Origin: Candidatus Saccharimonadota bacterium
GTDB taxonomy: Bacteria > Patescibacteriota > Patescibacteriia > 2-12-FULL-60-25
Assembly (NCBI GenBank): GCA_022843095.1
Contig: JALHOH010000002.1
Location: 420,001-452,000, forward strand
DNA length: 32,000 bases
Direction: 5' to 3'
This document shows positions 19,395-29,544 of the stretch, piece by piece. Positions within the stretch are counted from its first letter, which is position 1; every line of letters begins with the position of its first letter. Below the pieces are notes generated by a model that ran no database searches, was not told the DNA's origin, and was given only the letters and a program-made list of their open reading frames with translations. The position numbers were made by a program, and so were the translations under genes.

Positions 19395-21965
19395 CCCACC
19401 ACCCCCATCGGACGCGCTAAATTTGGTCTCACGTCGTTCTTGCAATTCGGCCTCGATCAGCTCGCGTTTCCGACCATATTTGTACCGCGAAAGCTCCTTC
19501 ATCATCTGCGCAAGCTCCTTGCTTTCTGGACGCTTTGGCATGATCGGCTTCATGTTGAATGGCCTGGACGCCGTGTTATCGATCAGAAGCTTCATGTTGC
19601 AAGTAAACGCCTCCACATTGACCAAGTCATACGCCGTAAACACCGGCGCATATTCTTTTTCCAAGAACTCGGCATCCTCAACACCGACACGGAAGCTCAC
19701 CATGCTTCCCACGTTTCCAAAAATGGAATCGCGGATCTTGGTGTCCCCGCCCGAACCCACCAATTGCCCGATAAACTGGTGCGCAATAATGAGGTTCAGC
19801 CCGTACTTACGCGCTTCCGACAAAATCGCGTTGATCGAATCGGTCAAAAAGTTCTGGAATTCGTCGATATACAGGTAAAAATCCTTTCGATCTTCCGGAC
19901 GCATGTCCCCGCGCTTGAGCGCACCATCCAAAATCTTTCCGACCATGATCATCCCAAGCAAATACGCGTTCATGTCCCCAATCTTCCCCTTGGAAAGCTT
20001 AAGCAAGATGATCTTCTGCGAATTCATGGCGTCATACACGTTAAACGCGCTCTTTTGCTGACCGATAATCGGACGCATGTAGTCGTTGTAAATGAACGAC
20101 GCGAGCTTGGACGTGATATACGGCACCATGTTGGCAAGCGACGATTCTCCGCCCGCCTTGAGCGCCTCCTTGGTCCAAAAATCACTGACTTCTTGCGATT
20201 TGACGTGTTTCAACTTCAAATTGCGATAGTCCTCGTCCGCCAACACACGCGGAATATCCATGAGCGTACAACCGGACTCCGTGTGATCCATGAGCAACAA
20301 AATGGCGTTGCGCATGTACGTTTCGAACATCGGTCCACCCGTTGCTTTCAGGTCGTACAATTTATCAAAAATCTTCAACATTTCGTTGATCACGAACGTC
20401 CGCAAATGCGGATAGCGCGGATCAAACTCCAACATGTTCATCCCAATCGGGCGTTCAAAATCCGCCGGATCAAACAAAATCACATCTTCCGCTCGCTCCT
20501 TGGGCACGTACTCCAAACATTCATCCACCAAATCTCCGTGCGGATCAATGACACACACCCCGCGTCCGGCTTCGATATCCTGTTTGATGAGGGAAGCCTG
20601 AAACACGGATTTACCGGAACCGGATTTCCCGATTACATACATGTGCCGACGTCGATCCTGCTGCTTCATGCGGACGTCGTACTTGGTCCCACGATACTCA
20701 GAAATCCCAAGCAAAATCCCTTCTTTTGGCAGATTTGACGGAGGCAATGCTTTGCGGGAAAGCAGCCAGTTGATCTTCGGCGTTTCGGTGGAGGGCAACG
20801 GAAAATGAAAGAGCGTCGCCATTTCTTCCGCGTTCAAAATGGTCGTGTAGCGCTCGTCGAAGAGACGATAAATAAAATCGCGAATGATGCGCTTCTGAAA
20901 GCGCGGCATGGATTTCACCCATTTGTTGCCGTATTCAAACACGTTAAATTGCCCGAACGCATTGATAATGTCGTTCAGATACCGCTGCGCTCGCTCTGGC
21001 GTTTTAGCCCCCACCATCACGCGCACGTTCACATCCACGCCAGCCTTGGAGGCCTTTTCTTCAAGCCCTTTCACCATTTCTTCCTCCAGTGGAGAAAGTC
21101 GGTAGCTGTCTTCCGGCTTATTTGGGTCCTTGGATCCGGCCGCAAACTTCTTGAACTCCTTTCCAAGCCCACCAAACATCCCTTTTGATTGCACGTCCGA
21201 CAGCTTCTTTCCCTGCTGCATCGCCTTTGCAATACGCAAACCTTCTGCACGCCATCCCGGACGTGCACTGCGCAACACGAATTGAATCGCCGCCCCTTCG
21301 CCTTGCTCAATCTTCGCCAGTGCATTCGTGACTGCATTCAGCGAATCCGATTCCATCTTTTTGTAGGTTTTGATCGGAAAATAGCCGGGCCGCTGAAACG
21401 TCAGATAACTCCCCAAAATCACCCCGCGCGCGCTAAAAATGTTGTAGTCGGACACCTCTTCGATTTGCGCGTTCGGATACTGGGCGTGAATTTGCTCTTC
21501 GACAAACGCTTGCCATTTGGACGGCACCGCCACGTAAAACGAAATCTTGTCTCGATGGATCACCATCTCAAACGACAGATACTCCCGCCGTCCCAAAAAC
21601 CACGTCTGCAACCCTTTTTCGGATTTTAGAGACCCAATCGTTTGAAACAACGTTTCCGCATGGCCAATCAGCTCCTGAATTTGCTGCTGCGATTTTTCCG
21701 TGGCGTTATCGTCTTTTTTGAGCTCTTTCGGCACCTTCACGAGCAATACCTTCTGATCAAATGCAAGACGCGTCCGGACGCGACGCTGAACCAACGCACG
21801 GATCACGAGCAGAGTGATCCACACCCCAACAAAAAACCCGAGAAGCGCAAGCACCAAGAGCACGATCGGATCTCCAAGCATGCTCCGCACCGCCGGAACA
21901 ATTTCAAGCGCCTGCGATACCTCTGGCGTCGCAACGTCGAATTGGAACAAAAAGAAGGGGGTCAT
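19377..21965 (-). CDS. Membrane-anchored FtsK/HerA-superfamily ATPase, VirD4/TraG/TraD (type IV coupling protein)-like
   Basis: 862 aa. N-terminal TM helix (IVLLVLALLGFFVGVWITLLVI). About 400 aa with no recognised family. Walker A (HMYVIGKSGSGKSV). Walker B-like DFYLYIDEFQNF. IIAHQFIGQL. Confidence 0.8.
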   Translation of the reverse strand: MTPFFLFQFDVATPEVSQALEIVPAVRSMLGDPIVLLVLALLGFFVGVWITLLVIRALVQRRVRTRLAFDQKVLLVKVPKELKKDDNATEKSQQQIQELIGHAETLFQTIGSLKSEKGLQTWFLGRREYLSFEMVIHRDKISFYVAVPSKWQAFVEEQIHAQYPNAQIEEVSDYNIFSARGVILGSYLTFQRPGYFPIKTYKKMESDSLNAVTNALAKIEQGEGAAIQFVLRSARPGWRAEGLRIAKAMQQGKKLSDVQSKGMFGGLGKEFKKFAAGSKDPNKPEDSYRLSPLEEEMVKGLEEKASKAGVDVNVRVMVGAKTPERAQRYLNDIINAFGQFNVFEYGNKWVKSMPRFQKRIIRDFIYRLFDERYTTILNAEEMATLFHFPLPSTETPKINWLLSRKALPPSNLPKEGILLGISEYRGTKYDVRMKQQDRRRHMYVIGKSGSGKSVFQASLIKQDIEAGRGVCVIDPHGDLVDECLEYVPKERAEDVILFDPADFERPIGMNMLEFDPRYPHLRTFVINEMLKIFDKLYDLKATGGPMFETYMRNAILLLMDHTESGCTLMDIPRVLADEDYRNLKLKHVKSQEVSDFWTKEALKAGGESSLANMVPYITSKLASFIYNDYMRPIIGQQKSAFNVYDAMNSQKIILLKLSKGKIGDMNAYLLGMIMVGKILDGALKRGDMRPEDRKDFYLYIDEFQNFLTDSINAILSEARKYGLNLIIAHQFIGQLVGSGGDTKIRDSIFGNVGSMVSFRVGVEDAEFLEKEYAPVFTAYDLVNVEAFTCNMKLLIDNTASRPFNMKPIMPKRPESKELAQMMKELSRYKYGRKRELIEAELQERRETKFSASDGGGGLDDFI

Positions 21966-21969
21966 GCGG

Positions 21970-22542
21970 TTACACGGCGTTTTCTTTGGACTGCCGATAG
22001 TCCTTGGCGTACGACAGGACGCTATCCGTTTTGATCTTCGCCTCTTGCTCTAAAAAGTACTTGTTCACCCCGGGAATGGTAAGAAACCAGGATCGAACGA
22101 GTTCAAGTACCAACTTCACCTTCACCTTGAACCCTTTGACCATCACCCCAATTTCTTCGGCAACTTCTTCCCCTTTTTTCTGAAAACGCGCCCGCGCTTC
22201 GGGCGGCATATCCTGAAACACCTCCTTCATCCCCTCCTCGAGCAGCGTTTCAATTTTTTTCGTCACTTCGTCTTTATCCTGCACCGCCGCCTGAACCACC
22301 GGAGCGGCAGCAGGCTGCGCTTCTGCCTGCGTTTGCACCTGCACATCCGGAGTCTCTGCCGCACGAGTTCCTAAAAAATGTTCCTGTGCCTCCTGTTGCT
22401 GAATCGCTTCAAAGGCACGCTTATCCTGGGTGATCTGCGAGCTATCTTCTTGTCCCAACGCCAAAGACGGCGCCGGCTGCTCTGGCGCGGGGGGTGTCGA
22501 CGGAGACAACGACACCTCTTCGACCGACGGCAAGAAACCCAT
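21970..22542 (-). CDS. Hypothetical protein (190 aa), disordered Q/A/P-rich N-terminus and helical C-terminus
   Basis: Clean ORF with its stop 4 nt before the ATPase ATG. No family recognised. Confidence 0.65.
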   Translation of the reverse strand: MGFLPSVEEVSLSPSTPPAPEQPAPSLALGQEDSSQITQDKRAFEAIQQQEAQEHFLGTRAAETPDVQVQTQAEAQPAAAPVVQAAVQDKDEVTKKIETLLEEGMKEVFQDMPPEARARFQKKGEEVAEEIGVMVKGFKVKVKLVLELVRSWFLTIPGVNKYFLEQEAKIKTDSVLSYAKDYRQSKENAV

Positions 22543-22564
22543 GGGACGTCTCGCCGTCAGTATA

Positions 22565-23956
22565 TCACATTGGCGTCAAAGAAAATCCCCCATCCTTCCG
22601 ATCTTCCACCTTCCATCCTTTTTCCGCGATGGCATCCCGCAACCGATCTGACGCTGCCCAGTCCTTTGCTTGGCGGACAACCACACGTTCTTCCGCCAGC
22701 GCCACAACCTCTGCCGGGGCACCGAACGGAACGCCGATCAATTCGGCAACACCCAACCCCAGCACCTGATCCATCTCGCGCAGCAACGCCGCTTTTACCA
22801 CGGGATCCGCCTCTGATTTCAAGCACTCCCAAACAACGGCAAGTACCGCCGGCGTATTCACGTCGTCCTCCAGCGCTTGGATAAAGCGTGTCCGCCAAGC
22901 CGAAACCGCTTCTGGATTCGGTTCGCCTGAAGACGGCAACGCACGCGCGAGTTGTCGCAGGTGCTGCAACGCGGATTCCGCTCCAGCAACCCCTTCCCAC
23001 GTAAAATTCAGCTTCGACCGATAGTGCGCATTCAAGCAGAGGTAGCGGAACGCGAGCGGATCATGCCCACGCGCCATCAGATCATCCAACGTGTAGGCGT
23101 TTCCCTCGGATTTCCCCATGCGTCGACCATCCACCGTCAAAAACTCGTTATGCATCCAATAGCGCGCCAAAGGTGTCCCTTGAATCGCCTCGGATTGCGC
23201 AATTTCGTTTTCATGGTGCACCGGGATCAAATCCATGCCACCTGCATGGATATCAAACGGCTGCCCCAAATACTTCACGGACATGGCAGAGCATTCGATG
23301 TGCCACCCAGGAAACCCGATGCCCCAGGGACTTTCCCACTCCATCTGCCGCTTGGTTCCATCGGTTGGACTAAATTTCCACAGCGCAAAATCCGTGGGAT
23401 TCCGCTTATCCTCGCGAATCGCGACACGCGCTCCTTCTGCCTTTTCCTCCAATTTTTGCCCGGAAAGCGATCCATAGGCTGGGAACTTGGCCGTGTCAAA
23501 ATAGATTCCATCCGCGGCACGATACGTAAATCCGGCCGCTTCCAGCGCCTGGACGAGTGCGATTTGTTCGGCCACATGCTCGGTTGCGCGGGGCAGCACA
23601 TCCGGCGGAAGAATATTCAACCGCGCCTCATCCGCAAGCGCGCGCGCTTCGTACATCCGAGCAATGTCCCACGCCGTCTGCCCTTGGCGTTTCGCCTCAC
23701 GTTCCATCTTGTCTTCGCCCACGTCGCCGTCGCCGACCAAATGACCGACGTCCGTGATGTTCATCACGTGGCGCACCTCATATCCCAACACCTGCAACGT
23801 CCGCTTTAGGACGTCGACAAAGGTATAGGCACGCAAATTCCCGATCGTCACCGGGTTATAAACGGTCGGGCCGCAGTTATACAGCCCAACCTTTCCCGGC
23901 GTAACCGAGGCAAATTCCTCCAAGGCGCGGTGGCGCGTGTTCCAAATACGTAACAT
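22565..23956 (-). CDS. cysS: Cysteine--tRNA ligase
   Basis: CGPTVYN. NITDVGHL..GEDKM. WHIECSAM. HHENEIAQSEA. KMSKS-like RMGKS. ATG at 23956 (MLRIWNTRH). Confidence 0.93.
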   Translation of the reverse strand: MLRIWNTRHRALEEFASVTPGKVGLYNCGPTVYNPVTIGNLRAYTFVDVLKRTLQVLGYEVRHVMNITDVGHLVGDGDVGEDKMEREAKRQGQTAWDIARMYEARALADEARLNILPPDVLPRATEHVAEQIALVQALEAAGFTYRAADGIYFDTAKFPAYGSLSGQKLEEKAEGARVAIREDKRNPTDFALWKFSPTDGTKRQMEWESPWGIGFPGWHIECSAMSVKYLGQPFDIHAGGMDLIPVHHENEIAQSEAIQGTPLARYWMHNEFLTVDGRRMGKSEGNAYTLDDLMARGHDPLAFRYLCLNAHYRSKLNFTWEGVAGAESALQHLRQLARALPSSGEPNPEAVSAWRTRFIQALEDDVNTPAVLAVVWECLKSEADPVVKAALLREMDQVLGLGVAELIGVPFGAPAEVVALAEERVVVRQAKDWAASDRLRDAIAEKGWKVEDRKDGGFSLTPM

Positions 23957-24008
23957 GGTTCCGCCATGGTACCGACCCATATTCCGGCTGTCTAACCTGA
24001 AACAGCCA

Positions 24009-24599
24009 TCACCCCTCCCCGCTGTCATCCAAATCGATCGTCATTCCCGCATCACGACCAAACAAGACAAACCCAACGATCGGCATCAAAAACCAAAAGG
24101 ATCGACCAATCGGATCGGCAAAAATGTTCTTCGTCAACGGACCAATGCCTGCGGTGTAGGCTGGCGGAAGAAGCACGATCGCCATGACCACCAATAACCC
24201 AGCGCACAACAATCCATTCAACGCGCGTTCAAAAAGCGGCCCCTTGGATGGCATAAATGCCTGCGCCACGGGACTCCGCAATAACAACACCATGACGAGC
24301 GCAAAAAATCCGCCGAACCAACCGATCCGAAGGGCTGGCGATCCATCCGCTCCTGCGTATTGCGCGACAATTCCAAGGAGCGGTGTCGACGTCACAACGG
24401 CGTAGGCGACGTAGGAGGTAAGCGACATAAGCGCCATCCGATCGCGCCCGACCGCCAAGCCAACGCCGGTTCCAAGCAAACACACGAATGATAAAAACAG
24501 CCCGTCCCAACTGACCGGGATCCCTTGCGCAGACAACCACGCGAGCAAGGTGTTCACCCGATCAGTGTAGCACGAGCTGTTTTTGTATTCATCCGCCAC
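24009..24599 (-). CDS. Hypothetical integral membrane protein (196 aa)
   Basis: 5-6 hydrophobic helices. The GTG start lies 7 nt after the dnaJ stop. Confidence 0.65.
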   Translation of the reverse strand: MADEYKNSSCYTDRVNTLLAWLSAQGIPVSWDGLFLSFVCLLGTGVGLAVGRDRMALMSLTSYVAYAVVTSTPLLGIVAQYAGADGSPALRIGWFGGFFALVMVLLLRSPVAQAFMPSKGPLFERALNGLLCAGLLVVMAIVLLPPAYTAGIGPLTKNIFADPIGRSFWFLMPIVGFVLFGRDAGMTIDLDDSGEG

Positions 24600-24606
24600 C
24601 GATTGG

Positions 24607-25707
24607 TTACATCCCCTGTTCTTTGAGCGATTGCAGAAGCTCTCGTTGTTCGCGTGAGAGCTTTTTTGGCATCTCCGCCGTGATCGTCAGATAGTGATTT
24701 CCGCGTCCGCCACGGCCGTACAAAATCCCCTTCCCACGAAGCGTCATCACGGTTCCGGGCTGTGTCGCCTCCCCAATCCCGATCGTTTCTTTTCCATCCA
24801 GCGTTTCGACCACCACCGTTCCGCCAAGGGCAAGCAACGAAAACGGCACGGTCACGGTGGATCGAATGTCATGACCATCACGCGTGAGATACGGATCCGG
24901 TTTCACGCGCACCCGCAAGATCAAGTTCCCGGGACGCCCTCCATGCGGCGCCGCCTCTCCCGCCCCTTCAACCTCAAGCCCCTGGCCGCTTTCCATCCCG
25001 GCAGGAATCCGAACACGCAACGTCTCTTCCCGTCGCTCAACCCCATTTCCTTTGCAGGTATGACAGGGCTTTTCTGGAATCTTCCCGGTCCCGTGACAGG
25101 TCCCACAGGTGGTCGCCACTTGAATCGTCCCAAACATGGTGCGCTGCGCCTGCTGCACACGACCTTGGCCGTGGCATACCCGACAGGTTCCAAGCGAAGA
25201 TCCAGGTTCTGCGCCATTTCCCTTACAGGTGTTACAAGTGGAAGGCTTGTATAACTTTACCTCTTTCTCCACCCCAAACGCCGCCTCCTTGAACGTGAGT
25301 TCGACGTCCATCTCAATACTTTGGCCGCGCGCCTGCTTGCCACGTCCGCTTCCGCCTCCGCCAAATCCGAACATCTCGCCCAGCATGTCGCCCAAATCCT
25401 CAAAGCCGGCGCCTTGAAACCCTTGGCTAAAATCAAATCCAAACCCCCCGCCACCAAACCCCCCGAATCCACCCGGACCGCCGCCCATTCCGCCCTGCTC
25501 AAATGCCGCAGAGCCGAATTGATCGTACATCTTGCGCTTTTCCGGATCGCCCAACACCTGATACGCCTCGTTGACATCCTTAAATTTAGCCGGGTCGCCG
25601 CCTTTATCCGGGTGATGTTCGTGCGCTAATCGCCGAAACGCTTTCTTCAATTCATCCGCGGATGCGCCCTTCTGGACGCCGAGGATGGCGTAATAGTCTT
25701 TGGGCAT
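24607..25707 (-). CDS. dnaJ: Molecular chaperone DnaJ
   Basis: J-domain with HPD (HEHHPDKGG). G/F-rich region. Four CxxCxGxG zinc motifs (CNTCKGNG, CRVCHGQG, CGTCHGTG, CHTCKGNG). Confidence 0.96.
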   Translation of the reverse strand: MPKDYYAILGVQKGASADELKKAFRRLAHEHHPDKGGDPAKFKDVNEAYQVLGDPEKRKMYDQFGSAAFEQGGMGGGPGGFGGFGGGGFGFDFSQGFQGAGFEDLGDMLGEMFGFGGGGSGRGKQARGQSIEMDVELTFKEAAFGVEKEVKLYKPSTCNTCKGNGAEPGSSLGTCRVCHGQGRVQQAQRTMFGTIQVATTCGTCHGTGKIPEKPCHTCKGNGVERREETLRVRIPAGMESGQGLEVEGAGEAAPHGGRPGNLILRVRVKPDPYLTRDGHDIRSTVTVPFSLLALGGTVVVETLDGKETIGIGEATQPGTVMTLRGKGILYGRGGRGNHYLTITAEMPKKLSREQRELLQSLKEQGM

Positions 25708-25716
25708 GGAATGGCG

Positions 25717-25977
25717 TTATCCCAACATCTTTGGCTCGCTCGCTTCTTGGATCGTGCCGTGCTGCTGTTCGTAACGTGCGATGTTTTCGCCGAGCGCGCG
25801 AAAAATACGTTTCATGTGGCGCGGACTCACGATCAATCGCGACACAAGCTCCCCGCCCGGGGGAAACGCGGACATGAAGTCCAACACAAACTCTTCCGAG
25901 GTGTGCGTGACCTGCATCATGTTCGCGTATTTCCCCGCGAGCGCGCCTTCCGGCGCCTTGATATCGATGGTGGACAT
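25717..25977 (-). CDS. DUF3467-like small protein
   Basis: 86 aa. YANMMQVTHTSEEFVLDF....VSRLIVSPRHMKRIFRALGENIARYEQQHG matches the DUF3467 pattern as I recall it. Confidence 0.7.
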   Translation of the reverse strand: MSTIDIKAPEGALAGKYANMMQVTHTSEEFVLDFMSAFPPGGELVSRLIVSPRHMKRIFRALGENIARYEQQHGTIQEASEPKMLG

Positions 25978-25986
25978 GACGTTCGG

Positions 25987-27873
25987 TTAGTTCGTCGAGG
26001 CTCCCGGTTCTCCCTCCGGCTTCTGCGCATCCCCATTCATTTCGGCTTCTGGACGATCCTGGTAGAGCGTCGCGCCCACGCGCTGTGCTTCGGTCGCGAG
26101 CTCGTCTCCGGCCTTCTTGATCGCCTCCAAATCATCGCCGTCTTTGATCTTCTTCAACGCCTCGATTTTGGCGTCGATCGCCGCCTTGTCTTCCGGCTTC
26201 ACCTTCGCCTCGTTTTCTTTCAGCATCTTTTCGGTGGTGTAGATCATGGTTTCCGCCATGTTCTTGACCTCCACGGATTCACGACGCTTCTTGTCTTCCT
26301 CGGCGTGCGCTTCCGCATCCTTGCGCATCCGTTCCACCTCGTCCTTGGACAGGTTCGTCGAGGCCGTGATCGTGATCTGCTGCTCTTTACCAGAGGCCTT
26401 ATCTTTTGCCTTCACATTCAAGATCCCGTTCGCATCGATATCGAACGTCACCTCGACCTGCGGCACGCCGCGCGGAGCCGGCGGAATCCCGGACAACGTG
26501 AACTTCCCAAGCGAACGGTTATCGCCCGCCATGTCGCGCTCCCCTTGCAGGACATGAATCTCCACAGACGTCTGGCCATCTGCTGCCGTCGAGAAAATCT
26601 GCGACTTGGACGTAGGCACCGTGGTGTTGCGTTCGATAAGCTTGGTCATGACGCTTCCCAGCGTTTCCAAACCCAACGAAAGCGGCGTCACATCCAACAA
26701 CAGCAATTCACCCTTAATGTCGCCCTGCAAGTTTCCGGCCTGAATGGCCGCACCAACCGCGACCACTTCGTCTGGGTTCACGCTCGCATTCGGCTTTTTG
26801 CCAAAAAACTTTTCCACCGTCTGGATGACGAGCGGCATGCGCGTCATCCCACCCACCATGATCACCTCATGGATGTCGTTCACCGTGAGCTTCGCGTCCG
26901 CAAGCGCCTTCTTGCACGGTTCAAGCGTTTTCTCGACCAAACCCCCCACCAACTGCTCCAATTTTGCGCGAGACAGTTTCATCTGGAGGTGCTTGGGCCC
27001 GTTCGCATCCGCCGTGATAAACATCTGGCTGATTTCCGTTTCAACGGCGCTGGAAAGTTCGATCTTCGCCTTTTCCGCCGATTCCTTGATGCGCTGGAGT
27101 GCGAGCGGATCCTTGCTCAAATCCATCCCTTCCGCCTTTTTGAACTCCTCGATGATCCATTGGATGATCGTCTGGTCAAAGTCGTCGCCACCCAAGTGCG
27201 TATCCCCGTTCGTCGCGCGCACTTCGATCGTATTCTGCTCCGTGGCTGCATCGTACGCGACCTCAAGAACGGAGACGTCAAACGTCCCACCTCCCAAGTC
27301 ATACACCACGATTTTTTCGTCCTTCTTGCGATCAAAGCCGTATGCAAGCGCGGCAGCCGTCGGTTCATTGATGATGCGGCGCACGTTCAACCCCGCGATT
27401 TCTCCGGCGATCTTGGTCGCCTGGCGTTGTGAGTCATCAAAATACGCCGGCACCGTGATCACCGCTTCGGTCACCGTTTCACCCAAGCGCGCTTCCGCAT
27501 CCGCCTTGAGTTTCTGCAACACCATGGCCGAGATTTCTTCCGGCGCATAATCTTTTCCACCCATGGCAATACGGATCCCCTCCCCCTTTTGCGAGGTTTG
27601 ATACGGAAGCCACTTCCGATCGCGTTGCACCTCGGCGTCATCAAATCGGCGCCCAATCAAACGCTTGGCGCTAAAAATCGTGTTTTCCGGATTCACGACG
27701 GACTGGCGCTTTGCCACCTGTCCCGTCAATCGTTCACCCGCCTTTGTCACCGCGACAACCGATGGCGTCGTGCGTGCCCCTTCGGCGTTTTCCAACACCT
27801 TCGGCTGCCCACCTTCCACCACCGCCACACACGAGTTGGTCGTTCCCAAGTCAATTCCGAGAATCTTTGGCAT
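25987..27873 (-). CDS. dnaK: Molecular chaperone DnaK (Hsp70)
   Basis: [17 protein letters not shown] and VILVGG-type ([11 protein letters not shown]) motifs. Full-length Hsp70. Confidence 0.98.
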   Translation of the reverse strand: MPKILGIDLGTTNSCVAVVEGGQPKVLENAEGARTTPSVVAVTKAGERLTGQVAKRQSVVNPENTIFSAKRLIGRRFDDAEVQRDRKWLPYQTSQKGEGIRIAMGGKDYAPEEISAMVLQKLKADAEARLGETVTEAVITVPAYFDDSQRQATKIAGEIAGLNVRRIINEPTAAALAYGFDRKKDEKIVVYDLGGGTFDVSVLEVAYDAATEQNTIEVRATNGDTHLGGDDFDQTIIQWIIEEFKKAEGMDLSKDPLALQRIKESAEKAKIELSSAVETEISQMFITADANGPKHLQMKLSRAKLEQLVGGLVEKTLEPCKKALADAKLTVNDIHEVIMVGGMTRMPLVIQTVEKFFGKKPNASVNPDEVVAVGAAIQAGNLQGDIKGELLLLDVTPLSLGLETLGSVMTKLIERNTTVPTSKSQIFSTAADGQTSVEIHVLQGERDMAGDNRSLGKFTLSGIPPAPRGVPQVEVTFDIDANGILNVKAKDKASGKEQQITITASTNLSKDEVERMRKDAEAHAEEDKKRRESVEVKNMAETMIYTTEKMLKENEAKVKPEDKAAIDAKIEALKKIKDGDDLEAIKKAGDELATEAQRVGATLYQDRPEAEMNGDAQKPEGEPGASTN

Positions 27874-27877
27874 AAAG

Positions 27878-28306
27878 TTATTTCTTCTTCACCTCCACTT
27901 TAATGGGTTTCTTTGGTTCCACCTTTGGCATCAGGATCTTCAAGATCCCATTGTCACAGCTTGCTTCCGCCTTCCCCTCTTCGACACGCGCCGGAAGGGC
28001 CACCTGGCGAAAAATCGAGCCGGAACGCATCTCTTTGCGATAATAATTCTTGTCCTCCACTTCGGTCTTGCGCTCCATCGTTCCTTTGATGGTCAACATC
28101 CCATTTTCGATCGAGATCTCCACCTTCGACGGATCAACTCCGGCAAGCGGCGTTTCCACCACCACTGCGTCTTTGGTTTCGTACATGTCGATCGGTGGCA
28201 CGATATTCCCCTGTCCGCGCGGCATGAGCGCATTCATTTCTTCAAAGGTTTTTTCCATGCCATCGAACGGTTCAAAGAAAAACGGAGACCATTTGATGAG
28301 TGACAT
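27878..28306 (-). CDS. hsp20: Hsp20/alpha-crystallin family small heat shock protein
   Basis: 142 aa. Alpha-crystallin domain ([19 protein letters not shown]....[11 protein letters not shown]). Confidence 0.92.
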   Translation of the reverse strand: MSLIKWSPFFFEPFDGMEKTFEEMNALMPRGQGNIVPPIDMYETKDAVVVETPLAGVDPSKVEISIENGMLTIKGTMERKTEVEDKNYYRKEMRSGSIFRQVALPARVEEGKAEASCDNGILKILMPKVEPKKPIKVEVKKK

Positions 28307-28333
28307 ATCTTCGTTGAAAAGAATGAGTAGGTG

Positions 28334-28849
28334 TTATTTTGCGACCACAACTTTCGCCGGACGAAGCACCTTTTCGTGCAGCTTCCATCCGTCCTGGATC
28401 ACGCGAAGAATCGTACCCGAGGCCATGCCATCCGCCGCTTCTTCACTGACCGCCTCATGCTCTGCCGGATTGAACGCCCCCTCTGCCGTGACGCGTTGCA
28501 ACCCGACCTGCTTTGCCGCCTGTTCCCAGAGCATGCCGACCCCCCGAACCCCCACCAACCAGTTGTCCCAAATCTTACGCACATCATCGGGAAGGGTCGC
28601 GACCTCTGGGACGTGCTTTAACGCAAGCGCGTATTGATCGATGGCGGGAAGCAATTCTTCTAACAACCGCTGGTTCGCGTAGCGCGTGTATTCCGAGCGA
28701 TCGCGGTCCATTTCCCGTCGAAGGTTTTGATAGTCCGCTTGCGCGCGCTTCCATCCCTCCAGATACTCCGGGCATTTGGCACATGCGGTCGTCGCATCGA
28801 CGTGTGATGTGTCTGCGTCCGTTACTGGATCATGCGTGTGTTCATCCAT
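28334..28849 (-). CDS. grpE: Nucleotide exchange factor GrpE
   Basis: The pattern WKRAQADYQNLRRE....LLEELLPAIDQY...GTILRVIQDGWKLHEKVLRPAKVVV is typical of GrpE. ATG at 28849; the alternative at 28876 overlaps hrcA. Confidence 0.9.
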   Translation of the reverse strand: MDEHTHDPVTDADTSHVDATTACAKCPEYLEGWKRAQADYQNLRREMDRDRSEYTRYANQRLLEELLPAIDQYALALKHVPEVATLPDDVRKIWDNWLVGVRGVGMLWEQAAKQVGLQRVTAEGAFNPAEHEAVSEEAADGMASGTILRVIQDGWKLHEKVLRPAKVVVAK

Positions 28850-28859
28850 AGGAAATTGG

Positions 28860-29540
28860 TTACGAAAGAAGTTCATGAGCCGCCGTGAGCAATTGATACG
28901 CGTATCCGTAGTCCATCCGCATTGGCGCCAACATCCCGACCAGTCCACCCGAAGGTGGCGCGATCAGAACCGCACTGCACCCGCTTCCAAACGGACAGGC
29001 GGACCCGATCAAGATCCGAACGCCGGGTTCTCGCGCGTGACGCAACCGATTCAAGACGTCATCCATCCGATCCAGCACCTCGGTAAGCGAGACGACGCGT
29101 TGCCAGTCGCGGAACTCTGGGTTTCCAAACAGCTGCGAAAGGCCCGTATAAAAGGTGTCTGCCTCGTTGGTCCCGGCAAATGCGGAGGTTCCGGCAAATT
29201 CGGAAAGCACTTTTGCCAAGGCCTTGAGCCGCTTTCCGTCCTCGGTTGGAAGGCTGGCCGCCTGTGCCAGTAGCTCTCGTTCTCGTTTCGCGAGGGGTTT
29301 TTGCGGAAGAAAATGGTCGATGTAGGTGCGATATCCCGCCTCGGTTGGCACGCGCCCGCCGGAGGTATGGGGCTGGATAATCAATCCGGCAGCATCAAGC
29401 TCCGCAAACCAATTGCGTACGGTCGCTGGGCTTACCTCCAGCTTGTACCGTTCGACAAGCGTTTGCGATCCGACCGGCTCAGCGGTCGCCACATGCTCAT
29501 CTACCACGATACGCAGGAGTTGTAACAAACGCGGTTCCAT
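28860..29540 (-). CDS. hrcA: Heat-inducible transcription repressor HrcA, unusually short (226 aa)
   Basis: N-terminal wHTH (EPVGSQTLV...SPATVRNWFAELDAAGLI.QPHTSGGRVPTEAGYRTYID). C-terminal LIGS....CSAVLA....G.LGMLAPMRMDY signature. Confidence 0.9.
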   Translation of the reverse strand: MEPRLLQLLRIVVDEHVATAEPVGSQTLVERYKLEVSPATVRNWFAELDAAGLIIQPHTSGGRVPTEAGYRTYIDHFLPQKPLAKRERELLAQAASLPTEDGKRLKALAKVLSEFAGTSAFAGTNEADTFYTGLSQLFGNPEFRDWQRVVSLTEVLDRMDDVLNRLRHAREPGVRILIGSACPFGSGCSAVLIAPPSGGLVGMLAPMRMDYGYAYQLLTAAHELLS

Positions 29541-29544
29541 GGCA

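Noticed and set aside
19377-21965. Apparent lower GC in the ATPase gene and the 382-aa orphan, which could suggest horizontal acquisition.
   Set aside because: My hand counts of single 60-nt lines gave 37-58 percent in the ATPase gene and 45-47 percent in the orphan. A groEL line gave 65 percent, but a dnaK line gave only 48 percent. The ranges overlap. No integrase, tRNA target or direct repeats flank the region. A proper sliding-window and codon-usage analysis is needed.
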